The notes under the pieces are model-generated. The model was given only the letters and a program-made list of their open reading frames with translations. It was not told the origin of the DNA and searched no databases. The translations under genes and the position numbers were made by a program. Below, one piece after another: positions 1 to 11,549 of a DNA stretch of 48,121 nucleotides; positions within the stretch are counted from its first letter, which is position 1; each line of letters starts with the position of its first letter. This stretch comes from Octopus sinensis (lineage: Eukaryota), in assembly GCF_006345805.1 (NCBI RefSeq), contig NW_021834445.1:1-48121 (forward strand). Direction: 5' to 3'.

Positions 1-214
1 TTGCAGGTAAAGTATTTACTAATGTGCAATAAATTAGCATTTTAAAGAGAACTGAGACAATTGAATGTGACCATATGCGCAGATATTCAACTGGCCTCAC
101 CAGTCAACTCCTGTTCTTATCTGTTCCAAAAATGGAACAACAGTGTTTTTGTGGATTGAAGATGTATGAGAAGACGAAATCCATCAAAAGAATTTTGCTG
201 TCGATCAGATTTGA

Positions 215-328
215 ATCCATCCATCAATCCAACTATCCAACCAGCCAGCCAGCTCTCCAGCCAGCCAGATAGCGTACCAGCCAGCGTGCCAGATAGCTTG
301 CTAGGCAGCGTGCCAGCCAGCCAGCCAG
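215..328. repeat. Degenerate (CCAT/CCAG)n tetranucleotide repeat
   Basis: ccatccatc...ccagccagccag arrays seen directly; they account for part of the 117-407 and 166-480 ORFs. Confidence 0.75.
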
Positions 329-1423
329 TCACCTTCTCTATTTCTGAGAAGGTCGTCGATGTAGAGGCATCAGGCATCTCTTCCATAGGGTCTCCAATCA
401 GAGGCAACCGTCATTACACTTTCCAGAGCTGTGATATCTCAATACGAAGAAGTAGTATATCGACTGGTGAAACTATCTGATTTCCGAGTTGCCTCCTTTG
501 GAGTACGTTAATCAAGAGATCTTTCGGAAGAACCCCATTTCCACTTTTTTATCTGAAATCGTACTCTTTTGGTCAAAAGTCAACATTCAAGACTATAGAT
601 GAGGTTAGGCACAACAACCGAATTGAAGATAGCGAGTTTTCTTTTGCGTTTTTTTTAACGTCTCCTTTTCTGAAGATTGAATGTTAGAGCTGGACAAATG
701 ACCGCGTCCTATGCTGACAACAATATTTACCGAGTCGAAGACATAGTACTGTTAAAATGAAGAGTGTTTATTGATGAAGTGGGAAGCGGTTTGCAAATTA
801 GACATGACTTTACCTATATGATCAATAACTTACGTTTCAGGTTCAAATATGCAGCGTGCTGACAAGGAGATCACGTCTAATGATGCGCGTGAAAACTGCT
901 TTTCCCGCCAGTAAACAAAATGATAAATTTATTGCAGATAATTTATAACTTACTCTCGTATATACAGACACGATTTATAGATTTATAAGTTCAATACAGC
1001 CAGGAAAGCATTTATTTGTATGCATGGTGTGTATTCAAGTACTCCTGTACGCATACATATATTCATATATATGTGAGTGTGCGTTGTAACATGTGTGTCA
1101 ATGTAGACATGTATACGTATGTATGTTGTTTTAAAAACCACACCGTAATTTCACACATTTTAGCATATACGTAGACATTATTCTCAATGGATAGTGACGA
1201 CACTCAATGGGCTGGTGTGTCCATTCATATTAACATTTGATTAAATTCCAGTGGGAAACCGAAGTACAGATTTACCAGCAGTTGCTAAAAACATAAACAT
1301 GCATACACTAGGCAATACACAGCTTCCTATCTTTAACGATCGATCTATAAATGTACATATATCTACGTGAACGGATTATATATATATATATATTATATAT
1401 ATATATATATATTATATACATCA

Positions 1424-1781
1424 TGGCACTCTGTCGATTACGACGACGAGGGTTCTAGCTGATCCGATCAACGAACATCCTGCTCGTGAAATTAACGTGC
1501 AAGTGGCTAAGCACTCCGCAGACATGTACACCCTTGACGTAGTTCTCGGGGAGATTCAGCGTGACACAGGGTGTGACAAGGCTGGCCCTTCGAAACACAG
1601 GTGCAACAGAAACAGGAAGAACGAGTGAGAGAAAGTTGTAGTAAAAGAATACAGCAGGGTTCGCCACCACCTCCTGCAGGAGATTCTTGGAGCTTTTGGT
1701 GTTTCCGCTCAATAAACATTCACAACGCTCGATCTGGGAATCGAAACCGCAATCCTAACTACTGGGCCACTGCGCCTCCAC
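1424..1781 (-). mobile_element. tRNA-derived SINE, family C, with a deletion in the tRNA head
   Basis: Reverse complement aligns by eye to the full copy at 39786-40166 (gtggaggcgca...gtcgtcgtaa.cgac.gagtgcca); lacks the segment between two 'tagg' microhomologies. Confidence 0.9.
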
Positions 1782-1796
1782 GTATATTCATATATA

Positions 1797-1801
1797 TGTG
1801 T

Positions 1802-1851
<50 letters not shown>

Positions 1852-2280
1852 CGTGCGCGTGCGTGTGTGCGTGTGTGTGTGTGTATGTATGTATGTATAT
1901 GGATGGATGTGTGCGTATGCAGCCACACATCCAAATATACACACATTCAGGCATCCATGCATCCATACATGCATATATGCGTGCATAAGTGTATATGTCT
2001 GTTTCTATGTGTATATATATATAGAGAGAGAGGAGGAGAAAGAGGGGGAGAGAGAGGGAGAGAGAGAATGTGTAAGAGATACAGAGACAAAAGGAGAGAT
2101 AGATACACATACAAATATACAATAAGATGCATCTAAATTCCTGTCTTTTGTCTTTCTCTATCTTTATCGCCGTTTCTCTCTCTCTCTTTCTCTCTCTTTA
2201 TCTCTCTCTCTCTTTCTCTCTCTTTATCTCTTCTCCCTCTCTCTCTTCTCTCTCACTTTCCATCTTCCTCTCTCACTTTC
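1797..2280. repeat. Compound (TG)n, (TA)n, (GA)n, (TC)n microsatellite block
   Basis: Seen directly. Confidence 0.9.
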
Positions 2281-2809
2281 TCGTCTTCGTGTGAAACGTT
2301 AGATTTAGTAGCAAAACCAATGTGGTCTATCTAGTTACTTAGTTGCCTTGGCAATCCACAACAGAAACTGTTCTTAGATTTGATTTTACTGCCAGAAGAC
2401 GTGACTGGCAAATATTTCCATTGTTTGAGCCGCAATATATTTTTTTTGATTTTGTTTTTATTGTATTTTATTTTGTGCTTTCGTTTTGGTCATGTTTTAC
2501 CTCTTTTTGTAGTGTTTTTACTTAAAGAAATTGTGAAGATAAAAAAAAAGGGAGAAAATTAGGAGTTAAAGACAATAAACAGAAGATTTAGAGGAGATAT
2601 TTAAACCCCTTATAAAGTACATATCACCAACGATGGTAAAAAAAGAAGGACAATAAATCACGCGCGCACGCGTGTTTGTGTGTGTGCTCGCGCAAGTGTG
2701 TACACCGAAATAGCCCCCAAGCTACGCAAGATGAAAGCCTGCAAACGATTTCGATCGATACGTGTTAAAGTGACAGAGTAACCCTTTGTTACCATTAGTT
2801 TTGGTAGGA

Positions 2810-2968
2810 TGGTGACTTGGCAGAATCGCTAAAGGATCGGCTAGAATGTTCTGTGATATTTAGTTATGGATCATCATATACTACCGAACCCAACTTTGCC
2901 TTTCATCATTTCGGAGACAATACAATGAAGTACCAGTTGAGCATTGGACTCGATGTAATCAACAAACC
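2810..2968 (+). mobile_element. Old, diverged SINE family A copy
   Basis: ttggcagaatcgcta...aactttgcctttcatcatttcggag...aagtaccagtt...tcgatgtaatcaac resembles family A. Confidence 0.65.
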
Positions 2969-2984
2969 CTATATATATATATAT

Positions 2985-3143
2985 TCTCTCCTTGTTTTTT
3001 TCTGTGTATCTTTCTGTCGATGAGCGTAGGCTCGAAACGTAAAAGACTTTCTCTATTTCTATTCCTGAGCGCTATACTAATACATTTGTTTGTTTGTACT
3101 CCACCTGCCTTCCTCTTTTGTTTATTTTTGCAAACTTTCCCCT
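2985..3143 (+). mobile_element. (TA)n-embedded Penelope-like terminal fragment, family E1, with hammerhead-like motif at 3009-3046
   Basis: Homologous to 24476-24668 and the reverse of 27975-28130; flanked by (TA)n; contains tcttt-CTGTCGA-T-GAGC-GTAG-GCTC-GAAA-CG-TA-aaaga. The Penelope assignment is inferred from the motif. Confidence 0.6.
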
Positions 3144-3185
3144 TATATATATATTATAATATATACTATATATATAATATATTAT

Positions 3186-3272
<87 letters not shown>

Positions 3273-3564
3273 CCACAATATGGTACCCTTATTTAATCAG
3301 AATTTGGAAATTTGTGGCCTTTGAAACATGTGTAGAATGTAATAAGGAATTCTGTACAATCTTCGTTCAACTCCATTTCTTCCATTCACTAATAATATTA
3401 AACTTCAATTATCCGCACCAACGCACTGGTTGCAACCACCAAATGGTCTTATCTCCAACCGTGCTTTTTTCTGCTGTGATTTTTGCTACCCAGGTATCGG
3501 TTGAACTTTTGAATAATCTGTAACAGAAAATTTCTCTTTCTATTTCAACAAATATATATATATA

Positions 3565-3607
<43 letters not shown>

Positions 3608-3641
3608 TATTATACATATATATATATATATATCTATATAT

Positions 3642-3683
<42 letters not shown>

Positions 3684-3706
3684 ATATTATATATATATAT
3701 ATATAT
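3143..3706. repeat. Two long (TA)n arrays (3143-3270, 3552-3706)
   Basis: Seen directly; a unique 280-bp spacer lies between them. Confidence 0.9.
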
Positions 3707-3714
3707 GAATATAC

Positions 3715-3860
3715 GTGGAGGCGCAATAGCTCAGTGGTTAGGATCGCGGTTTCGATTCCCAGACCGGGCTTTGTGAATGTTTATTGAGCGAAAATACCTA
3801 AAGCTCCACGAAGCTCCGGCAGGAGGTGGTGGCGAACCCTGCTGTACTCTTTCTCCACAA
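3715..3860 (+). mobile_element. 3'-truncated SINE family C head, with the same head deletion as 1424-1781
   Basis: gtggaggcgcaatagctcagtggttaggatcgcggtttcgattcccagaccggg. Confidence 0.85.
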
Positions 3861-3869
3861 ATTTATTAT

Positions 3870-4090
3870 TATATTTGATAAGGGCAATGGATTGCTACAA
3901 TCGTTAAAGCGTCAAAGAAAATGCTTTCGGCTATTTCTTCCATCTCTGTGTTCTGACTTCAAATCTGCCGAGATCGACTCTAGTTTTCGTCCAATAAAAT
4001 ATTCACCGGTTGAGCAATGAGGTCTATGTAGTCGACTTACTCTTCCCCTAAAACAGCTGGCTTCGTGTCCAAATTTGAAACCACTATACA
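3870..4090 (+). mobile_element. Old SINE family A-like copy
   Basis: ttctgacttcaaatctgccgagatcgactc...gtagtcgactt...cccctaaaacagctggc...ccaaatttgaaacca. Confidence 0.55.
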
Positions 4091-4385
4091 TCAAATTTTC
4101 TTTCGTCGTTTCATCCATTCCCCTATATATCAGGGTTTGTGTTTCTCTCTTTCTCTCTTTTACTCTCTTTTCCTTGTTTCAGTCATTTAACTGTGGCTAT
4201 GCTGGAGCACCGCCTTTTAGTCGAGCAAATTGACCCACAGGAATTATTCTTTGTAAGCCTAGTACTTATTCCATCAGTTCTTTTGCTGAACCGCTAAGTT
4301 ACGGGGACGTAAGCACACCACCATCGGTTGTCAAGCAATGTTGGGGAGGACAAACACAGACACACAAACATATACACACACACAA

Positions 4386-4426
<41 letters not shown>

Positions 4427-4450
4427 ATATATATATATATATATATATAT

Positions 4451-4936
4451 AGGAAAAAAGCAACAAGAATGGATTAAACTCTCGGTACGATCGTTTCGTA
4501 CGAGGACATCTTTAATAAGCTACAAAAAATGCAGTGAATACAGATGGCTCGTACTCGTCAGCCGAAAAAATATCAGAGAATTCCCAAACCTCAAAAGGGG
4601 TAGATACAAAAGAGGTTGTAAGATTAACTGCATTGAAGAAAGTTCGATTCATGGAGATCGATGAAAGGTTTAAACCTATAGAATTTATGCATGTCTACAT
4701 ATAGCTCATATTGAATATTTGATCAAGTTGTATAAAGAAATTTTCGGATACAGTCATGCAAAATTTCTGAAAATCCGAGTAAGAGGCAAAGTGACTGCCA
4801 CATCATGTAGAGGAAAGTCTGAGTAAAAACATAGTGACTGTCATATCGTGTAGAGGAACAGATTGTTATTGAAATTTACAAGAATCGCAGATAAGTTCGA
4901 TTTTTTGGAGATCCGATGAAAAATTACTTAACCGAA
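4451..4936 (-). mobile_element. (TA)n-flanked element of about 490 bp carrying an intact hammerhead; probable Penelope-like pseudo-LTR or retrozyme-like unit
   Basis: Bounded by (TA)n on both sides; hammerhead lies about 30 nt from the minus-strand 3' end; two internal short duplications; no ORF. Confidence 0.6.
4480..4567 (-). ncRNA. Type I hammerhead ribozyme, predicted GUA cleavage between 4486 and 4485
   Basis: Minus strand reads UUUCGG-CUGACGA-GUACGAG-[43 nt]-CUCGUAC-GAAA-CGAUCG-UA-CCGAGA: complete core, 7-bp stem II, 6-bp stem I with one GU pair, palindromic stem III (ACGAUCGU). Confidence 0.85.
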
Positions 4937-4956
4937 TATATATATATATATGTATA

Positions 4957-5222
4957 TAGGGGTAAAATATGAAAAATCAACGAAATTGCATATTGCAAAT
5001 AGAAAAAGGCTATTTATGACAGGTAGTGACAAATATATACATTTAGATTGACTGAGGTAGTAATACGAGTCATAAAGGTCATTATTATGAGATGATAATA
5101 AAGTAAGAGAACAAAACGAACCAATAGTTTACGCGAAGGCTATTCATCGTTTGAACAACACCGTTAATATACGGTACATTTCCCCGTGTATTTTATAGTT
5201 TCTTTTCGTAACATATTTCTAC
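4957..5222 (-). mobile_element. Second (TA)n-flanked element with a decayed hammerhead-like motif (5121-5151)
   Basis: Minus strand acgatga-a-tagc-cttc-gcg-taaac-tatt-gg resembles ctgatga-a-gagc....gctc-gaaac; flanked by TA repeats. Confidence 0.4.
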
Positions 5223-6055
5223 TATATATATATATATATATATATACGACGGGATTCTTTCAGTTTCCATCTGCCAAATCCAGTCACAAGGCTTTGGTTG
5301 GCCCGAGGCTATAGTAGAAGACACTTGCCCAAGATGCCACTCAGTGGGACTGAACCCAGAACCGTGTGGTTCGTAAGCAAGCAACTTACCACACAGCCAC
5401 TCCTACGCCTACAATTCTCTATATGAGAATTAATTATTATTAGCCTTGGTAGGTTGAAAAATACAGTAGATAGGTTGAATCATATCCCTCCTATCTTTTT
5501 AGTTGCTTGTCTCTACGCTTTGAGCACAAATCTCACAAAAATCAGTTTTGCCTTACATTTAACCACGGCTGGTATGAGTAAAGACTGTGCTTGTTATAGG
5601 ATATTTGTAAAGCTTCTTTTTCTTCTGTTTTAATATTTAACCCGCTTTGTATAGGTAGGGTACGTTCGTTATACTGATGGGTTAATGGATTTAAATTTTG
5701 GTTCAAGATTGGTAGTTTTAAGGGGACGGTAGTCGATTCCTTTAGCCCCAGTAATTGTGTGGTACTTTATTTTATAAATAATAAATAATATATTATATAT
5801 ATATACGTATGTATGTACGTATGTATATATTAATATACACACACACACACACACACCACACACACCACACACACACACACACACACAACACACACATATT
5901 ATATATATATATATATATATTTAAGTAGTTGAATGAATTATCTTAGTATGGATAATTCGGTTAACCGATACCTGGGTAGCAATTCACGTCCGAAAACACG
6001 GTTGAAGCTACTTGCCAAGGGCAGAGATCACGTGCTTTCGTGTGGAAATTTGTGT

Positions 6056-6107
<52 letters not shown>

Positions 6108-6165
6108 TATATGAAAAAACAAGTAAAAAATAGAAAATGCTAAAATAATTTTATAGTGAACATTT

Positions 6166-6203
6166 CAGTACCGGTTTCGTCCATTTTGAGACCTTTTCAA
6201 CTG
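6166..6203 (-). ncRNA. Degenerate minimal hammerhead motif at the Penelope-like 3' end
   Basis: CAG-TTGAAAA-G-GTC-TCAAAATG-GAC-GAAA-CCGG-TA-CTG; the core differs from CUGAnGA at two positions. Confidence 0.55.
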
Positions 6204-6559
6204 TAACGATTAAATAATTAAATTTAGAAAAATTAGAAGAAAAGTTTTTTTTAAAAGAATATTTCTATAGTAGTGTTCAGATTTAAGTGGCATTCTGCCT
6301 TTCTCTGACTCCCTTGTTTGCACTTGGTGTGTCGAGGTAGTTGTGAGTTCTTGGTAGGGTAGTAGAGGGAAGGCTGGTGAGGACAGGGGGGTGGGAGAAT
6401 CTGGGAGTGCCCTGATGGTCGTATTTTGAATGGTCAGTGGCGGCTGGCAGTCTCAGTTCAATTCAGGAGAATATTTATATTGACAGGCTTGTTATAGAAT
6501 TAGCGTAGGTGTTATACTAAAAAACATTAGTGACAAACTTAAGGGGTAGGGGGTGGAGA

Positions 6560-6810
6560 TAAGAAGAAGAAGAAGAAATAAGAAGAAGGAGAAGGAGAAG
6601 AGAAGATGACGATGATGGTGATGGTGGTGATGATTATGACGACGATGATGATGATAACGATGATGATGAAGAAGAAGAAGAAGAAGAAGGAGGAGAAGAG
6701 AAGATGGTGGTGATGATGGTGGCGATGATGATGATGCCGATGATGATGATAACGATGATGATGAAGAAGAAGAGAAGAAGAGGGAGAAGAAAAAAAAGAG
6801 AAGGGAGAAT
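6560..6810. repeat. (GAA)/(GAT) low-complexity tract with an internal duplication of about 100 bp
   Basis: gaagagaagatg...gatgataacgatgatgatgaagaagaag occurs twice. Confidence 0.75.
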
Positions 6811-8298
6811 ATGAATGGGTGTAAATATAGCTATGAAGGGGCTGATTAGTAATGGATTCTATGGAGTGTAGTATTTGTGTGTGTATATATATTTTTTTCT
6901 TTTATTCAAAGTTGAGGTATATTAATTGTTTGTCGTAGACCCGTTAAGAAGTGGCTTGTATTTTGTAATAAGAATTTTCTTTACTTATTCGTTGTCTCGA
7001 GGTTGTATCGTCCCTAAATTGGTAGAGGGGGAAATTCTGAAGTTTTGGTGTTTTTTTTGTTGGCGCAAGTATCTATGTGTTGGCTAAAATATTTTTTCTG
7101 TTTTGGGGGATTTTTATCTGGGATCTGTGCAGGGCCATTCGTTTACGCAAACCATTTTTTTTGGCCTATGTACTGCTCTTGACACCCGGAGCAGGTTAGT
7201 GAGTATATTAGGTTCTCCGAAGCACATGTGAAGTTGCTTTTCACTGTAAAACGTTGTCCCTGTTTGAAGGAGAACTCAGAACCCTCGATTAGATAGTCGC
7301 ATATCCCGCAATTGGGTCTTCCACATTTTTTTTACTGTCGGCTTCTGTGTTGAAGAGTGAATTCGGGCTTGTGTAAGGAGACTTTTCATGGATCTAGGCT
7401 GTCTTTTGCTTTTTATGATCGTGTGTGTTTGGAGGATTGTGTTCATTCTGTGGTCTTTTTTAGGAGGGGTATGTTGTGGAGGATGGTGTCGAAGGCTTCG
7501 TTATTGAGAGGGTTGTGTGTGGAGATGTATGGTAAGCTTTTGGTTGTAAGTTTTTCTTTGATTTCGGATGTCTCAGTTCCTTGATGTTAAGTTAAAGGGC
7601 ACGTTTGAATGCATTTGTCAATAAGTGAAGGTGGATAGTTCTGGTGATTAGGGTATCTTTTAGTTCTTGTAGTCGTGTGTCTCTGGTGTTTGCGTTAGAG
7701 ACTATAGTGCATATCCTTTTTCTAGATTGAAGGGGATATTCATCCTGGTGTGTCTGGGGTGGCATGAATTGAATGGAAGATATTGCTTAGAGTCTGTAGG
7801 CTTATAGTATATGCCTGTTTCTATTATATATTAGCTTTCTTAATGAGGATATCGAGGAAGGGGAGTTGTTGTTGGCTATATTCCACCGTGAATTGGATGT
7901 TTACGTCCAGTCCGTTTAAAATTTTCTGGAATTCTATGAGTTTTTTCTATATTTTTTATGCAAAGGATGAACAGTCATCTAGATATCTCTTCCAGTTGTT
8001 TTCTATGTAGATGGAGAAAGGGCTGCCATATCTTTCTAGAACCTTACGATACAGACTGATCTCTAGTATCCTATGACTAGGTTGGCAAAGGAGGGGGCCA
8101 TTCGTGTACCCATCGCAGTCCCCGATTTTTGTCGGTAGAAGTTGTCATTGAAGGCGAAGAATTATTTTCCAGGATGAATTTAACCCCTTCTATCACAAAT
8201 TCTTTTTTGATGCGGTGTGGTAGTTCGTTGGCGTGATTCTCTAGCCAGAATTGGATTGCCTCTAGTCCTAGGTTGTGGGGGATATTGGAGTAGAGGTT

Positions 8299-8398
<100 letters not shown>

Positions 8399-8440
8399 AT
8401 ATATGTATATATATACATGTATGTATATATATGCATATAT

Positions 8441-8639
8441 GGGTACATCACCAACGCTGCGAATAACGTAAACAACGAGAAAGAGTGGAAAACAGGTCAA
8501 GTAAACACAGAGAAAAGACCTTTCATCATTTGTCGGCTACCTATCTACTTCTCATTTCGAGCATTCAACAACAACTCGTTTTTCCCGGGTTTGTTTACGT
8601 TTTTCATATTATTTGCACCGTTGGTGACGTCCTGTACCC
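8441..8639. mobile_element. TA-embedded element with imperfect inverted ends (MITE-like)
   Basis: GGGTACA..TCACCAACG.TGC.AATAA..ACGTAAACAA mirrored at the right end (...TGTACCC); AT-repeat flanks. Confidence 0.65.
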
Positions 8640-8689
8640 ATATATGCATGTATATATATTATATTATTTACTATTTAATTGAACGCGAC

Positions 8690-9110
8690 ACATCCGTTTC
8701 CAAGTACTTTATCTTACCGCTCCTAGTGGAGGGAATGAAAGGCAAAATTGACTTCACTCGCGTTTGAACACAGAATGTAAAGTATTAGAATAAATGCAGT
8801 AAAGCATATTTTCCGATACTTTTAGGAGTCAGCTAGCTCGCTCATTATATTAATGAGACAGCGAAATTGCTGTAAATGATGCATCACTTCTGTCGTTAAT
8901 GAGATCTTGACACGTACCCCATCACAAGCTTATGCTAGGCGATGGAATTTGAACTTAGACCGAAGAGAGCAGACAAAAGATACTTAATACTCAATTCAAC
9001 TCTTTTTCAGTTGTGCCAATCTTCCTTCCTGGACTTATACTTTATTTACCGACCCAGAAATGGTGAAAGGAAAAGTTGACTGCGTGGTATTTGAAATCAC
9101 TGGTCAGAGA
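8690..9110 (-). mobile_element. Cluster of old SINE family A-like remnants
   Basis: gaatgaaaggcaaaattgac...tttgaacacagaatgtaaa; gacccagaaatggtgaaaggaaaagttgac. Confidence 0.5.
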
Positions 9111-9348
9111 GCCTAAAATAATAAAAGAGCGGAGTCTCACAAAGGCGTTATCAACCAATTAAAATTATTGTGGCTGTACGACTAGGAGATATGTGTGTGA
9201 ATGCTTATGTGTAGTTTTATATCAATCTCCACATGCATGCATGCATGCTTGCATACATACATACATACATACATACATGAATGCTTGCATACATACATAC
9301 ATACATACATACATACATGCATGCTTGCATACATACATACATACATAC

Positions 9349-9587
9349 ATGATGATGATGATGATGATGGCCGTTCACTCGTGACCGAGGAAGACCATTG
9401 CCGACCTTCAGGAACATTGTGCGCTCTAGGACTAACTTATATTTTGCATTTGCGGCTCCGTTGGTGGCTAATGAGCCCTGCTCTTGACAAGCATACACGA
9501 CTGCAAACATTGCAGACCAAGCTTTCCCCATTCACTATACGAGCCGTGCGCTTTCGCGCAGCTCGCTTAAGTTCTTCCTGGGAGAAC
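9349..9587 (-). mobile_element. RTE-clade LINE 3' end (C-terminal zinc-finger-like motif, 3'UTR, (CAT)n tail) inside (TACA)n
   Basis: Encodes ...LVCNVCSRVCLSRAGLISHQRSRKCKI*, typical of the RTE ORF2 C-terminus; tail (ATG)n at 9349-9369 on the plus strand. Confidence 0.8.
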
Positions 9588-9700
9588 ATACATACATACA
9601 TAAATACATACATACATACATACATACATACATACATACATACATACATACATACACACACATATGCATGCATATATACACACATACATATATATATATA

Positions 9701-9985
9701 TATTTTCTGTCGTGAAAATCAGTCAATAGAAATACAAGAAAAAGAGAACATGTATGGATCATGGATAAAGAGTTCGCAAATCCAGTACCCAAGGTACACT
9801 TTCAGCTTCGTACCTATTATTGTTGGCGTAAAGAGAATACATACCAAGTGATCTAAGGCAAAGTATGGCTGAACTTGGATTCTTGGGGAGAGAAAACGTA
9901 AATCATTCATTCATTCTCAACAAATCTTCACGATATGGGGAACAATAAAAATCTGCCTGACCTTCTTAAAATTTAAAGGATGATG
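9701..9985 (+). mobile_element. 3' end of a restriction-like-endonuclease (R4/Dong/NeSL-type) LINE, frameshifted
   Basis: IQEKENMYG...QIQYPRYTFSFVPIIVG...YIPSDLRQSMAELGF...GTIKICLTFLKFKG*; resembles the 28925-29350 fragment; starts at a TA repeat. Confidence 0.7.
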
Positions 9986-10418
9986 AACAAAAGAAGTCGC
10001 TTTCCTTCACAATCTTACTACTAAGCAGGTGGCCAGTCAAAATTTATTCTACATCAGAAAAGAAAGAGAACATACGTATGCACACAAAAGCATTCCATGG
10101 GTAATTGTGAGTTAAGGTGAAGCAATAAATTGTTAGTTTGTTCGGGACCTCATGGGTATGCAGCAAGGGAACACATAAACCTTAAGTAATTTAAAACTTT
10201 CACTGTTAACCAATGCAAGTGAATAGAGAGGAGTACAAACGAAATGTATTTGGGGTTATTGAACAAGGCCTTTATACATTTGAATTTGAGCTCTTGTTTT
10301 CTCCCTTTCCTTTGACTTATTTCATGTTGTTGTTATTAATGTATAGTTCTAGGCTCGTTCTGACCATGTAGATCAAAGAATCAGTGAGAGAGATTCTGCG
10401 TATGTTACTCGCTTTGCT

Positions 10419-10781
10419 GTGGAGGCGCAATGGTTCAGTGGTTAGTGCAGCGGACTCGCGGCTTCGGTTCCCAGACCGGGCGTTGTGAGTGTTTATTGAG
10501 CAAAAACAACTAAAGCTCCTAAAGCAGGGTTGGTGGCGAACCCTGATGTACTCTTTCACAACAACTTTCTCTCACTTTTTCTTCCTGTTTCTGTTGTACC
10601 TGTATTTCAAAGGGCCAGTCTTGTCACACTCAGTGTCATGCTGAATCTCTCCGAGAACTATGTTAAGGGTACACGTGTCTGTGGAGTGCCCAGCCATCTG
10701 CACGTTAATTTTACGAGCAGGCTGTTTTGTTAATCGGATCAACTGGAACCCTCCTCGTCGTAACCGACGGAGTGCCACATG
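10419..10781 (+). mobile_element. SINE family C, near full length, 12-bp TSD
   Basis: TSD actcgctttgct at 10407-10418 and 10782-10793; head has a deletion between two 'cgcgg' motifs. Confidence 0.93.
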
Positions 10782-10857
10782 ACTCGCTTTGCTAAAATTT
10801 GAAGTAAAGATCTCCTTTCAATCAGATTCAATAATCTTTTCTACTGTAGACCTGAAA

Positions 10858-11026
10858 TTTGTGGGGAGGAGATAAATCGATTACATCGACCCCAGTATTT
10901 GACTGGTGCTTACTTTATTGACCCCGGAAGGATGAAAGGCAAAGTCGACCTCGGTAGAATTTGAACTCAGAACGTAAAAACGGGCGAAATACCATTAAAA
11001 ATTTTTGCCCGGCGTGCTAATGATTC
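10858..11026 (-). mobile_element. SINE family A, older partial copy
   Basis: gtcgattacatcgaccccag...ggatgaaaggcaaagtcgacctcgg...gcccggcgtgctaa. Confidence 0.8.
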
Positions 11027-11027
11027 A

Positions 11028-11259
11028 TATTTCTTTATTGCCCACAAGGGGCTAAACATAATGGGGGCAAACAAGGACAGACAAAGGGATTAAGTCGATT
11101 AGATCGACCCCAGTGCGTAACTGGTACTTAATTTATCGACCCCGAAAGGATGAAAGGCAAAGTCGACCTTGGCGGAATTTGAACTCACAACGTAACGACA
11201 GACGAAATACCGCTAAGTATTTCGCCCAGCTTACTAACAATTCTGCCAGCCCGCCGCCT
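11028..11259 (-). mobile_element. SINE family A, full length (tRNA head with A/B boxes)
   Basis: Reverse of aggcggcgggctggcagaattgttag...gagttcaaattccgccaaggtcgactttgcctttcatcc...ccccttgtgggcaataaagaaata. Confidence 0.92.
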
Positions 11260-11455
11260 TAGTCACATTCAAACGCACATGTAAATGCAGTGGCTCCCTC
11301 GCAAAAAGCAGAATCAAATACTGTATGATATCCAATTCTGCCAATTTTTTGCTGATCCCCGAAGAGATGACAGGCAAAGTTGTCTTAGGCAGGATTTGAA
11401 CTCAGAGAATAAAGCTTTGGAACAAATACTGCGAAGCATTCTGTCCAACGCCCTT

Positions 11456-11494
11456 ACTACTACTGCAGCAGTAGCAGCAGCAGCAGTAGTAGTA

Positions 11495-11549
<55 letters not shown>

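Larger units (their letters stand above)
4159..5410 (-). mobile_element. SINE family B split into tail (4159-4365) and head (5245-5410) by insertions into its internal microsatellite
   Basis: Both halves match intact family B copies (e.g. 32721-33141) in the same orientation and order. Confidence 0.8.

Noticed and set aside
75-480. ORFs 75-272, 117-407 and 166-480, and a YIDD-like motif on the minus strand near 350-365
   Set aside because: Partly made of (CCAG)n; all frames are interrupted by stops; no other RT motifs; no consistent splice structure
829-915. Overlapping possible plus-strand acceptor (tttcag at 835-840) and minus-strand GTAAGT donor
   Set aside because: Short peptides with no recognisable homology and mutually exclusive readings; cannot be supported
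8515-8565. Permuted (type II-like) hammerhead reading, GAAA upstream of TGATGA on the minus strand
   Set aside because: Stems I and III cannot be formed and C3 is absent
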